A stretch of DNA of 64,000 nucleotides from assembly GCA_010093815.1 (NCBI GenBank), contig ML996575.1. One strand, written 5' to 3'. The stretch is from Pseudovirgaria hyperparasitica (taxonomy: Eukaryota). The notes under the pieces were generated by a model. That model searched no databases. It was given only the letters and a program-made list of their open reading frames with translations, and was not told the origin of the DNA. Positions 22,695-34,654 of the stretch are shown one piece after another (position 1 is the first letter of the stretch; each line of letters starts with the position of its first letter). A program made the position numbers and the translations under genes.

Positions 22695-24857
22695 CTAGTC
22701 GACCTCCTCCATAGCGCTCTCACCAGCAGCCTCCGCTGGAGCGGCGTCATCCGTCTTCTCCTCGGCAGTCTCAACCTCCTCATCGACGTTCAAGCCAAGG
22801 GAGACGAGCTTGTGGATACGCTCGGAGAACTGAACTGGCTCATCAATGGTGAAGCCGGAGACAAGGAGCGAGGTCTCAAAGAGGAGCTGGGTGATGGATT
22901 TGACGGTGCGGTCTTCCTCGCCATCAGCCTCGACCTTGCGCTTAAGCTCCTTGATGATGGGGCTCTTGGGCGAGATCTCGAAAGTCTTCTTCGAACTCAT
23001 GTAGCTGCTCATGGAAGTGTCACGAAGAGCCTGGGCCTTCATGATGCGCTCCATGTTAGCCGACCAACCGAACTGACCAGTACGGATGGCACAGGGAGAG
23101 CCAGTCAGCATGTGGCTGACAACGACCTTCTCGACCTTGTCGCCGAGGACGTTCTTCAGTGACTTGGCGAGAGGCTCGAATTCCTTCTCTTCCTCCTCAC
23201 GCTTCTTCTTCTCATCGTCAGTCTCCTCAAGCTCAAAGTCCTTGGTGATGTCAACGAGCTTCTTGCCCTCGAATTCCTTGAGTTGAGTCATGGCATACTC
23301 GTCAATGGGGTCGACGAGGAACAAGACCTCGAAACCCTTGTCCTTGAGGGAGTCAAGGAAGGGAGACTTCTGCACAGCCTTGAGCGACTCGCCGGTGATG
23401 TAGTACATTTGCTTTTGGTGTTCGGGCATGCGGGTGACGTAGTCGGAGAGAGAGGTGAGCTCGTCAACAGACTTGGTCGAGTTGAAACGGAGCAGCTTGG
23501 CAAGCTGGTTGCGGTTCTGCGAGTCCTCGTGGATACCGAGCTTAATGTTCTTGGAGAATGCAGTGTAGAACTTGTCGAACTGCTCACGGTCCTCAGCAAT
23601 CTCGTTGAAGAGTTCGAGGGTCTTCTTGACAAGGTTCTTGCGAATGACCTTCATGATCTTGTTTTGTTGCAGAGTCTCACGCGACAGGTTGAGGGGAAGA
23701 TCTTCAGAGTCGACGACACCCTTTACGAAACTGAGCCACTCAGGAATCAGGTCGGTAGCGTCATCAGTGATGAAGACACGGCGCACGTAGAGCTTGATGT
23801 TGTTCTTGGTCTTCTTGGTCTCGAACAGGTCGAAAGGTGCACGCTTGGGGACGAAGAGGATCGCGCGGAACTCGAGCTGACCTTCAACGGAGAAGTGCTT
23901 GACACCAAGGTGATCTTCCCAGTCATTTGATAGCGATTTGTAGAAGGAGGCATACTCCTCGGTTGTGATATCAGTTGGGTTACGAGTCCAGATTGGCTTC
24001 GTCTTGTTGAGTTCCTCCTCCTCAATCTTGCTCTCCTTGACCTTCTTGGTCTTCTTCTTCTTGTCTTCCTCATCATCGTCGACTTCCTCGACCTTGGGCT
24101 TTTTCTCGTCACCCTCTTCTTCGACTTCTTCGGCATCCTCATCGGGGACCTCTTTCTCAGTCTCCTTGAGGACGTGCAGGTAGATGGGGTATGAAATGAA
24201 CTCGGAGTGCTTCTTGACAACCTCCTTAATCTTGCTCTCGTTCAGGTAGTCGAGTTGCTCGTCTTTGAGGTGGAGGACCATCTTGGTACCGCGGCCAAGA
24301 GGCTCACCTTCGGTGTCAGGCTGAACGGTGAAAGTACCACCAGCACTGGACTCCCAGACGTACTGGTCGTCATCGTTGTGCTTGGAGGTGACAGTGACCT
24401 TGTCGGCAACGAGGTAGACGGAGTAGAAACCGACACCGAATTGACCAATCATAGACACATCGGCACCAGCGCTCAGCGCCTCCATGAACTGCTTGGTGCC
24501 AGATCGGGCGATCGTTCCGAGGTTGTTGACGAGATCCTGCTGTTGTCAGCACTGTTCGGGTGCGTAGTGGGATAAGCTTAAAAAACTTACAGCCTTGGTG
24601 AAACCGATACCAGTATCTTGGATGGTCAGTGTCTTAGCCTCCTTGTTTGGGATGATGTCAATTCTGAGATCCTTTCCAGAGTCGAGCTTGCTTGGGTCTG
24701 AAAGAGCCTCATAACGGATCTTGTCAAGGGCATCAGAGGAGTTGGAGATCAATTCTCTCAAGAAGATCTCCTTATTTGAATATACGGTGTTGATAATGAG
24801 AGACAGGAGCTGAGAAATCTCAGCCTGAAACTCAAAGGTCTCGCCGTTGGCAGCCAT
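22695..24857 (-). CDS. HSP90: Cytosolic heat shock protein 90; exons 24857-24591 and 24536-22695
   Basis: [69 protein letters not shown] and C-terminal MEEVD. GTAAGT..CTGAC..CAG intron at 24590-24537. Strong codon bias. Confidence 0.99.
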
Positions 24858-24893
24858 AGTGAATTGGAGGAAATGTGTAGAGGGATTGGGTAT

Positions 24894-24997
24894 CTGCTGA
24901 CATGTTAGCATATGACATACAGTCAAGCACCGCCGGCGCAAATAGTTGAACCAGACGAGGCTGCATTCTGAGTAGGCAGGCAGTTGTCATCACATAC
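24894..24997 (-). other. Probable 5' UTR intron of HSP90
   Basis: On the minus strand, GTATGT donor at 24997, GCTAAC branch site and CAGCAG acceptor at about 24894-24899, roughly 37 nt upstream of the ATG. Confidence 0.7.
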
Positions 24998-25116
24998 CTA
25001 ATGTGGAGAAGATTGTGAGTGAAGGTAGGTATGAGTGTGCAAGCGGGAGGTGTAGCGCTGCTTGATTGAAGTTGGGGAGAATTGTGGTGCAGAGAGTATA
25101 CGAGAGTGATTCAGAG

Positions 25117-25192
25117 TTTTATAGAAAGATAGAAATGGAGGCTGGGGGAGCTTAAATTCTGGGCCGAAGCTGCAGATGGAATCTTCTCGAGC
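25117..25192 (-). promoter_or_regulatory. HSP90 promoter: TATA box and heat-shock element
   Basis: TATAAAA on the minus strand at 25117-25123, and GAAtcTTCtcGAG at 25179-25191 (nGAAn inverted array with one mismatch). Confidence 0.65.
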
Positions 25193-25838
25193 TCGTAGGA
25201 AGAAATCTGTGCACGGACCTCTCTAACTGCATGTTGTTTGTGCTTCACGTGATGTGCTTGGTACCCACAGTAACGACGGGAAGCAACAAAATTGACATGA
25301 TGTGCAAAGATAATTGGTCCTGGGCCTTCGACTACAACACTAGAGCTTTCTATAGCTACAATTTGATTCTAAAGATTGTATCTGCGTACTGGGAAGCCTC
25401 AGTATTCGATGCAAATGTGAAGTTGGTGGGTCGCAAACGAACCGTTGGACCCATGCGCCTCATTCTTCGTGAAGACCCTAGAAGATGCTAGCATAAGTAC
25501 CACCATAACCGCTCGACCTCCGCCTACGCCTTGCTGCCTGGACCATCTGGGGTCACAATACCGAGTGTGCAAAAAGCATCTGCAGGAGTGATGCCTATAT
25601 CAGGTCATTGAATCTTGTAGGCACCAGAAATCGAGACATGGGGCTGTAAACACAGCTGATACAATGGCAACTATCACACCAAGTCTTCTGGATTGACACG
25701 ATTGGCTACACGCAGTTAGGCAGATACCCTGGGTCCACTACACTGAACATGTGCTTGGTGGAAATGAGAGAGCGCTGCCTGGGTTCATAGCTACTCTCAC
25801 ATCTCAAGATCTCCTCAATAGTAAGTTTTGGATTAATG

Positions 25839-26969
25839 TTATCTAAATGTCCTCAGGAATTCGCCAAGCGCCATCATCGCCATAGCTTGGCCGTACGGCA
25901 TACTGGTCCTTGCAATATCCTTGTAATGCTGGAGGTCATGTCCCATACCGGTGCCGAAGCTGGTATCAAGCAGCTCTCCATCTGCATTGATCTTTCCCAT
26001 CACCGCCTTGATAGCCTTCACAGCAACCTCTTCATATGCGCGGCTTATGTATCGCTTTCGAATCGCCTTCAGAATACCGTATGCGAAACCAGCCGTGGCC
26101 GATGACTCTTCGTAACTCCCTTCAGCCTCAGGCTCATCAAGAAGCGTCAGCCATAGTCCATTGTCCTTTTGCAGTCGCTTCAGCGCTCGGCACTGTGCCT
26201 CGAGGACGTCAATAAGATGCACGCGGATAGGATCGTTTGGCGTGAGGTCAAGCAGATCGATAATCTCAGGGATGACTATTGTGATCCAGCTGTTGCCTCT
26301 GGCCCACCGCGCCCGGGCGAAGTTATGGCCTACGCCCCCTTTCGTCGTCTCGTCGAACTTCCAACCATGGAACCAGAGACCAGTAGAGGTATCGAAGAGA
26401 TATTGTACGTGGAGTAAGAATTGTCGCTTGGCTTCTTCGACGTAGTGCGGTCTCTTCAGAAGCTTGCCGATTTTCGCGAGCGGCACCACAGTCATCATGA
26501 GAGTGTCGTCCCAGAGTTCATTTGTATTGGGCCCGAGATATGTCATGTGCTGCATGCCACCATATGGTGTTCGTGGAAGATCATACATGGCCCACTCGGC
26601 CCAAGAATCTAGCCATGGCAGATATGTGCTGTCTTTGGTATCTTCGTACAGGTAGGCAAGTGTGAGGAATACAGCCATTGTATTGATATTCTTTGTCGTC
26701 CCATCTTTCAGCTGAACATCGAACCATCCTTTGATGGTGCTGAGAGTCTTCGACGAACCTGTTAATTGATAGTATTGGTACAAGCCGTAGAGGCCAATCC
26801 CATGCGTCCATTCCCAGCCATTCCATCCTTTTGTGTCGATGACTCGACCGTCTGGGAGTTTGAGAAGGAATTTGCCCGACTCGTCCTGGATATTTACGAG
26901 GTTGTCTGTGAGCAGGTCTATCTTCGCATGTATATCGGCCTCATGGATGCCATGCTGGGGAAGGGGCAT
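25839..26969 (-). CDS. Glycoside hydrolase family 105 (unsaturated rhamnogalacturonyl/glucuronyl hydrolase, YteR-like), intronless, 376 aa, no signal peptide
   Basis: WEWTHGIGLYG, KNINTMA, ELWDDTLMM, TGLWFHGW, RWARGNSW, Q..NGLW.TLLD, SYEESSATAGFAYGILKA and PYGQAM motifs. The N-terminus is hydrophilic. Confidence 0.92.
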   Translation of the reverse strand: MPLPQHGIHEADIHAKIDLLTDNLVNIQDESGKFLLKLPDGRVIDTKGWNGWEWTHGIGLYGLYQYYQLTGSSKTLSTIKGWFDVQLKDGTTKNINTMAVFLTLAYLYEDTKDSTYLPWLDSWAEWAMYDLPRTPYGGMQHMTYLGPNTNELWDDTLMMTVVPLAKIGKLLKRPHYVEEAKRQFLLHVQYLFDTSTGLWFHGWKFDETTKGGVGHNFARARWARGNSWITIVIPEIIDLLDLTPNDPIRVHLIDVLEAQCRALKRLQKDNGLWLTLLDEPEAEGSYEESSATAGFAYGILKAIRKRYISRAYEEVAVKAIKAVMGKINADGELLDTSFGTGMGHDLQHYKDIARTSMPYGQAMAMMALGEFLRTFR

Positions 26970-27566
26970 TGCGGCGCGGGGTAGTACAACTTCAACCAGG
27001 AGGCGTCTTTAAAGGATCTGGATTGCGGTCAGAAGGAACGAACTGGTGAGACCCAAATCTCGGTTGGGAGAGCAGTCACAGTTAAACAGATATCTGCAGC
27101 ACGAAAGTTCCTCGCACAAGCCTCGTTGGACACTCCAAGCAAGCATCACGCGTGAGCTTTGACGCGACGGCTGAGCTCTCGGTTCATCTCCCCCCGAACC
27201 TCAAGATGCGAACCGACTCGAGTACTTCTCCACGAACTTTGGGGGCAAATTCCGGGGCCCCAGAAACTATCCCCGCATGGGCTGCAGTCTAATCCATGCT
27301 ATCGACTGGTCCGTTGCATTACTCGCTCAGGCTGTTGCCCTCATCGTGGCTGACCTCGCGTGCTTTGCCCGGAGAAATTGATTAAGTGCAGCTTGCGACC
27401 TTGCCTTTCCCCGGAAAACCTAGAGCCGAACCTGGCTGGGATGGCCGGTCTGTATAAGATCGTGGGTACATCGCTGACTGTTGTGGGTTCTATAGGTCGC
27501 CGGTCTTGATCTGTTGCACCTTCTGTCCTCTGACTTTCCGGATCATCTCCACTTCAGTTCAGTATC
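26970..27566. promoter_or_regulatory. Shared divergent promoter of GH105 and MFS with several CreA/Mig1-type SYGGRG sites
   Basis: SYGGRG matches on either strand at 26976, 27252, 27258, 27271, 27369 and 27409, and a TATAAGA at about 27453. Confidence 0.45.
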
Positions 27567-29308
27567 ATGGCAGTCGACAAGGAGCTCGCTACTGCGCCTG
27601 TGGCGTCTGAAGACGACAAACAGGATATCGATATGGTTGAAAGGGTCATGTCTGGGGATACCGACCTGCAGAAAGACCACGTAAATTACAATCGTATCGA
27701 CAAAGAGCTTGCGAAGTATACCGACGCTACTGCTATCGCGATCAGCCCCGAGGAAAACATGCGGTTGAAGAAGATGGTTGACAGGCGTGTGCTGCCAGTT
27801 ATGGTCTTCACGTACTTCCTCCAGGTCAGACTACTCACAGAACTGCATCAAAGTCCAGTGTCTAACAAACTTCCAGGCCCTTGATAAAGGCACCCTATCC
27901 TTCGCCTCCATCATGGGCATCCAAACAGACGCCAATTTGCACGGGCAGCAATACCCCTGGCTGACCACATGTATCTATATCGCCATCCTTTTTGTCGAAT
28001 ACCCAACCAACCGCATTATCCAGCACGTGCCCATTGCCAAATATCTCGGCTTCAACATTATCGCCTGGGGTACTGTGCTCGCCTTCCACGCCCTCACCCA
28101 CAACTTCGCCGGCCTCGTCGCCGTGCGTGTGCTGCTCGGTATCTTCGAAGCCGTATGCCAGCCCAGTTTCATGGTCATGAGCAGCATGTGGTATAAGCGT
28201 GAGGAGCAAGCTCAGACCGTCACTTACTGGTATGTAACCCCCTATCTACACAGTCGGATGTCATGCTGACGAAAGAAGGTACATGATGAACGGCGCCCAA
28301 CAGATTGTGGGCGGCCTGCTCGCATACTGCTTCACTCTCATCGGCAACGATAAAGCGATCAAGTCTTGGCAAGCGATATTCCTGTGCTACGGTATCTTCA
28401 GCGTGTTCTGGGGCGTATTTGTGCTCTTTTGGCTGCCCGACAGTCCTATGCGCGCAAAATGCTTCTCCGAAGCCGACAAACACTTGCTCGTTGAGCGCGT
28501 GCGCTCTAACCAGACTGGTCTGCAGAACAAGACATACAGACGCGAACAGGTGATTGAGGCGCTGACGGATGTGCAAACGTGGTGTTATGGTCTTATCGCT
28601 ATTTGCACAACGCTGCCGACTAGTGGGCTGGGTGCATTTGCGAACATCATCATCAAGGGGTTCAATTTCACCACGCTACAGGTACAATTGTTGGCGATGG
28701 TATTGGGTGCGTACATCATTATCGTGCTTATGAGCTCAATGTGGCTGGTCAAGAGGTTCAATCAGACCTGCTTCATCATGGGGCTCTATGTCATCCCGTA
28801 AGTCACCTGACGTCCGTCATCAACAAATAGAACAGTCACTCACATATGTGCTAGTTCCTTCGTCGGCACGATAGTCCTCATGACGGTTGTTAACACCTCC
28901 AAGGCAACCCAAGGCGGCCTGCTCTTCTCCTACTACATCGTCCTCTCTTTCTGGGCCGCCCAAACACTCTCCATGTCGCTCATCTCCCGCAACGTCGCCG
29001 GCCAAACCAAGAAAACGGTTGTCGTAGCCTTCAACTTCGTCTGCTGGGCCGGTGGCAATGCCGCCGGCAGTCAAGTGTTTCTGTCCTGGGACGCACCCAG
29101 ATACTTTATTGCGTTTTCGACGCATATGGGGTGTTATGTGTTGTTAGTGATTGTGATCATAGTGCTGCGGACGCATCTAGTGAGGCAGAACCGGAAGAAG
29201 GATGAGTTGGCTGCGGCGGGGGTGAAAGAGGCGAAGGATGAGAAGCTGGTGCATGCTTTTGAGGATTTGACGGACAGAGAGAATGCCAATTTTCGGTATA
29301 TGATATAA
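27567..29308 (+). CDS. MFS transporter, allantoate permease (DAL5)/anion:cation symporter family; introns 27825-27876, 28230-28278, 28798-28854
   Basis: LKKMVDRRVLPVM..TYFLQ|ALDKGTLSFASIMG, RVLLGIFEA, MWYKREEQ, LPDSPMRA, SRNVAGQTKK, DAPRY and AFEDLTDRENANFRY. All three introns are GT-AG and restore frame. Confidence 0.93.
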
Positions 29309-29695
29309 TGAGATGGGAGAGTAGAAGGTGAACGGACTACTTGGGTAATTAATGTAGACTGCTCGAAAAAGACCGATGTGTGCTTTCGCTGTGTGGTGCT
29401 GGTGATCGAGATGCCTGATACAAGTGGTCATGGAAGAGTGGAGCGTCGAAGTGTGATGTACCTGCGTCAACGATGGATGAGGTTGGTATACGACTGGTAA
29501 TCTATCACATAGCACTGTCCAAGCAGCTCTGGTCTGTGCCAAAGGAATATTGCGACAGTCACAGAGACATTGAGCCTCGACATTGAGTCTCAGAACCAAT
29601 CAGCTGGTGGAACCTGAGGCAGACAGCCCCGCTTAAGAGCTGTTGCGCCATAACACTTACGACTCACTACCATACCATCCGCTCAACAATGCAGA

Positions 29696-30623
29696 ATGGC
29701 ACCAAAGATCGACCACATCATCATCAAAGTACCATACTCCGAACTCACCCACCCATCAGAATGGCTGACTCGCAACTTCACAATCTCGCCCGGCGGCCGC
29801 CACGCCGACAACAAGACGGAGAACCGACTGATCGTGTTCCGAGACGGCAGCTACATTGAGCTTATCGCCTTCATCAACGACGACCAGACGCTCATGCACG
29901 GCCACTGGTGGGGCACGCAGCCGTTCGGGATCGTGGACTGGGCGTTGACCTCGTCTGCACCCGAAGACGTGCATGCGGTAGCCCAGCATATCGAAGCTGC
30001 AAACCCCGGCGGCCTGGGCGCAGGCTACGACGATGCGGTTGCAGGAGGCAGACGGCGGCCTGATGGCGCAGAGCTGCAATGGGACGTGACGTTCCCACAT
30101 GGTGTCAAGCGTGGCGAGGTGCCGTTCTGGTGCGTCCAAACCTAGAGAGTACTGCTGTAGTGATAGATAGAGCCAGCCAGCCAGTCTGACCGTTCTGCCC
30201 AGGTGCCACGACCGCACACCCAGAGCGCTGCGTGTGCCGGTCGACGACGTACCGAAGACGACGCATCCGTGTGGCGCTCTGGGCGTGGGCGAGCTGACGG
30301 TTGCGGTGTCCAGGAACAGATACGACGCATTCACCAAGCTCTACTCGGCAATATTGGGGTTCGCGCCGCTTCCATCGTCGGTCGCTTTTGGGGCCTCATG
30401 GGAGGTGGATTCTGTGTATCGTCAGGATGGCAATCTGCCGAAGCCCCTCGTGACGATGGAGTCTAGCGATACGGCTGAGCACGCATGTGTGTCTGAGATT
30501 ACGCTTCTTACAGACTCGATTGGTCTGGGACAGTCGCGGACGACGCTGTTAGAGAAGCTGGGTGGGAGTGATATTGTCGTGCACTTCATACATGGTAGAC
30601 GGGCGGTAGAAGCAGATTCCTGA
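29696..30623 (+). CDS. Glyoxalase-like (VOC fold, Glyoxalase_3-type) protein; intron 30130-30202
   Basis: IDHIII.V, FTISPGGRHAD..TENRLIVFRDGSYIELIAF, GGRRRPDG.ELQW.VTFP and PFW|CHDRTPR.LRVP...HPCGALGV. Confidence 0.88.
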
Positions 30624-31481
30624 TTTTGAAGACGAGCCACGAAAGTAGACTACGGTAAAAAGGGCAAATGAGTATTAGTTTTGGTGTTTCTGCCTCTTGG
30701 GTACGGGACATGATAATTGTGGTCATGAGTATCAAGAGGCATCTGGGACGTGAGTAGTGTTGACGTGATGTTGTTGTCTCCTCAATCACACTGCAGGCAT
30801 AAGGTAAGGGACGTGCAGCCGCTGTCACCCCCTGTTGACGGGCCGTGATTAGCGGCCTCGCTTCTTCTTCTGGAGGTGAAAATGCGGGTAAATGTGATAC
30901 CGAGGCAGGCACACATGAGACCTGACTGGCGCTGACGTCCATGACAGGCATGCGCGGTCACCGGTGACGAAAACAAAAACAATTGTTTGCCTCGTTCACT
31001 GCATCCTTCATTTCATCTCATCGGTGAACCAAAACTCACACTCTGATTCCGTCAATCAACATCACCAGCATCGTCTATACATCCATCGTACGACATGGCA
31101 GTGTCTCGACTATCCTCGTATTATCCATCTGCCGACATGCCTCTCTCCCCATCGTTCGCCCGTCACATCACCTCTGGCGATATTACTCCACTTTTGACGA
31201 GTGAATACGAGAGCCACAGCCGCCCATCTGAGAAAACGCCCCCAAGCCATGCATCGCGTGGATTGGCTCATTCCTCGTCTTCGCTTCATCCACCTGAAAG
31301 CAGAGCTCGTAATCACACTATGTTGCCTATTCTGCTCTCTTTCTCCTTCTCTCTCACTTTCTATTTCACTGGCCTCAGAACCTTCATGTTGCCATGTAAC
31401 CATAGCTGAGTCGATGCAGCTTCATACTGATGCAAACACCCGGCACCACTGCTCTGGCGTACCGGCCCTTCTCTCGGCGCC

Positions 31482-34400
31482 ATGAAATTCGATCAGTGCG
31501 GCCAACGATACATGGCCAACACAACAGACGGCGCCGAACTGCGTGCGAAATACGGCTGGCACGGTCCTGTAGTTGGCATCAGACGCAACGAGACCAGTCA
31601 GATCTCTCTTGAAGGATGTCTTGCAGTCTGTGGCCATGACTCCGATCCTTATAGCTGGGACATCGCTTCGGCAACTATTACAACATGGATCCTGCCTGTC
31701 ATAGGCACTCTGCTCCAGGCACCATTCGAAAGCAACTCCTTCAAGCGGACATGTCTTGCTATCAACCGCTGGGTCGGATCTCCCATTGCCAGTCTGTCGT
31801 ATATCCTGTGGAACATCAAAGTCAACGCAAAATGTGCCTTGATCGCAGACATGGCCGTCAAATACGATGACTACCCTGCACGGAAAACCGACTTTGGTAG
31901 CATGCGCGACTCTCTTTATCTCCTGGTGGTCATGAACCAGTATAGCATGAAGCCGCAAGCCGCTTTGCAGAAAGAAGCTGAAGGTCTTTTGCGAATCGCT
32001 CTGTTCAGCAAAGACCTCCGGCTTGTGAATGATCATGATACTCTTCGGACCAAACGCAGAAGACTAGCCCGTGAACTCCGCGAGATGCGTAGAAGAGGCG
32101 TTGTACCAGGTACATAATTTTCTTTAACATTACAGTCAGTACTAGGACACTGGTCTAGTGACGCTTTGACACGAGGGCAATGTTGGTGTCCTGACTAGAC
32201 CATTGTCCTGCTGCTGTACCCTGTCGTGATCTGTCGAATAGATCACTACTAACTCGATACAGTATTCATATCTACCATGTGGTTTGTGTTTGCATTCGTA
32301 CTCAGTATACAGTCTGCCTTCAACGCCTTAGGCGAAAATTCAACAGCCCATGATCTTGCCCTCGGTTGTCTCCTTGCATGGTTTCCGACGCTCATCCTTT
32401 GCACCATCGCGGATCGTAACCCAATTGCGGCCGAGTCGATCAGAAAGAAATTGAATGAGCTGATTGATCACGTTCGCAGCTCAATTCAAGACGACCTCCA
32501 TCGTTCCTTGTTCATCAGCTCGTTTCGAGACCAGCCGGAATTTGACCAACTAAAGGAATGGCTCGATAAGATCAAGGATCATTCAGACTTCATGGGTAAC
32601 TTCTTCACAGAGTTCGCTGGTCAGGCCCGCGTGCGTTGGCACTACGGAGCAGCACATCCAATCTTGTCTGACATCGAGAACTGTTATGTTGCCGAACGCG
32701 GCAGAGACTGGCTGGCCGATGAGAAGAAAGCCAGGACAAACTTGGTCTTGGGGTCAGTAGAAGAGGGCTTGATATGGTTTGATATCAGAGAGCTTTGGCA
32801 GATTACTAGTGCTATCATCATAGTCTTGGGCGGATGTGCTGGGGCATTTGCCATCTCATTCTTCACCCCTACCGTCGGTCTTGGATGTCAGTATTACCCC
32901 AAATAGAGTCACACCTGCTAACATCCCCAGGCCGAAGTGGAGGTTATGTCATCTTCTTCTCTCTGGCATTTGTGTTGATCGTCGCAGAGATGATAGTATG
33001 GTGGATGGCATCGGACCTTGAGATGGTGCCTCCTAACTGGATGGCGAGAACATCTAGCCGTCTCCATTCGACTGCCACTTTTGCCTACCTGGAGGAGGAA
33101 TCCCACAACCGATGGGCTGTACTCAAACGAAGAACTTCAGCCATCTTTCGGAATGCGGAGGACCAGTTCGTCCGACTGGTTCGAGCTACCGTCGGACTGT
33201 TCCCACTCAATAATAAGATAGATACTCAAGACAAAGCCGATGCACTGATTCGTCGACTCTTAGTGCAATACAGAGCGATGAGTCTCCAGCGACGGTGTGA
33301 ATTATTCATATTTCGACCACTGGAACTTATCAACTGTTCCTGGCTCATATACATAGTCATGGCACAAACATTTGGCACTTACAGAAACTGCCACTGTGTG
33401 ACCAGCACCTGGGGTGGCGCCGGTGGCTACCTCGACTTCACGCAACAGGATACAACAAACAACGAATACGTGGCCTGGTACTGGGGTACAGGCACACTCC
33501 TTGCTTCCGCCACCATGGGCATCTCCATGTTCTACATCACCGTCGAATGGATGCAACAGAGCTGGCTGCATACTGAGGACTACAACGACGCCATGGACGG
33601 GCTGAGGAAGATGCGTACTTACAAGCGGTACACATATTGGTTTCGTATCATGTCTCGCTATTTCCTCCTCGCCACCGTGCATCCTATTCATGGGCTCTTC
33701 CGTTGGGTGGGCATCGTGCGGAAGAGGCAGAAAAGTCTCCTTTGGACGAGGCATGGTGTTTGGGGAAAGCCGACCCCATCATCCTCGCCTTCCTATACCC
33801 AACCTCTGATATCAGACCCGCATCCCTCTGGCACCAATCACCATTTTCCATCTATATCTATCGACCTCGCCCCCATTCAGCGCCCCATCACTCCTCATAA
33901 CGGCCTTCCTGTGTCCTGGGCATCTCTCTCCCCGCCTGTATCGCAACCCATGACCCGCAACTCCTCGTCTGACTCCTCTCTTCACACTCCCACGCACACG
34001 CAGAACCGCCCTCGCTACTCCTCCGACGCATCTCTTCTACCCTACCGCCCGCCCAATCCCGATGCTTCCACCCATACCCTCGCGCGTCCACGCTCCTCAA
34101 CAGATGTCTCCACCCGCACCACATCACCCCTTCGCACGCCCTTCATCGCACACATCGCAACCCATGTCCACCGCGACAGCGACGCATCCAATCCACCTTC
34201 CCCGCGCCTCCTCCACCGACTCCCCTATCCCACACACAGCACCTCACGAACGCCCGTCCACACCCCCATCTCAAGCCTCCATCCCAGCGCCCACGACAGC
34301 CCTCCAGACAACGCCGCATTTTCCGACACTACCGCACCCCCGACCGGCCATTGGACAGACAATATCCCGTCCGTCTTCGAAGACGATAGTGCCCGGCGGG

Positions 34401-34654
34401 AAAGCACGGGTACAGATGAATTAGGCAGTCCACACGCGCTTCTCCCCGCGAGTCCACCAAGCGACCGCGACTACTACCGCGGTGACGGCGGCGGGTGGGC
34501 GCGCGGACTGCAGGATCTGACGGTGCGTCAGGGTTATAGACGGGCAAGTTCATCCGGTGATGCGAGTGGGCTTGGGATCCGGGTTGGTGATGTCGAGAGC
34601 GGTGATGGGCGGAGGGGTGAGAGTGAGGGATCTGGATATGGAGGAGGAGGATAG
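31482..34654 (+). CDS. Uncharacterised fungal multi-pass membrane protein with a Ser/Pro-rich disordered C-terminus; introns 32110-32262 and 32887-32930
   Basis: Three long ORFs join in frame: TITTWILPVIGTLLQAPFESN, RRRGVVP|VFISTMWF, AHDLALGCLLAW, DRNP, FAGQARVRWHYGAAHPIL and TPTVGLG|CRSGGY. Multiple hydrophobic segments. Start codon uncertain. Confidence 0.8.

Noticed and set aside
22605..24575. Long plus-strand ORFs antisense to HSP90
   Set aside because: Shadow ORFs produced by the strong codon bias of HSP90.
25839..26969. Recent bacterial horizontal transfer of the intronless GH105
   Set aside because: GH105 is known in many ascomycetes, composition matches neighbours and other genes here are also intronless. 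It cannot be supported without a phylogeny.
32109..32140. Possible nested intron (stwintron): G|GTACAT..TTAAC..TACAG|TCAGT recreating a GTCAGT donor
   Set aside because: The internal intron would be only 26 nt, and the two-step product shifts the frame. The single 32110-32262 intron restores the conserved frame.
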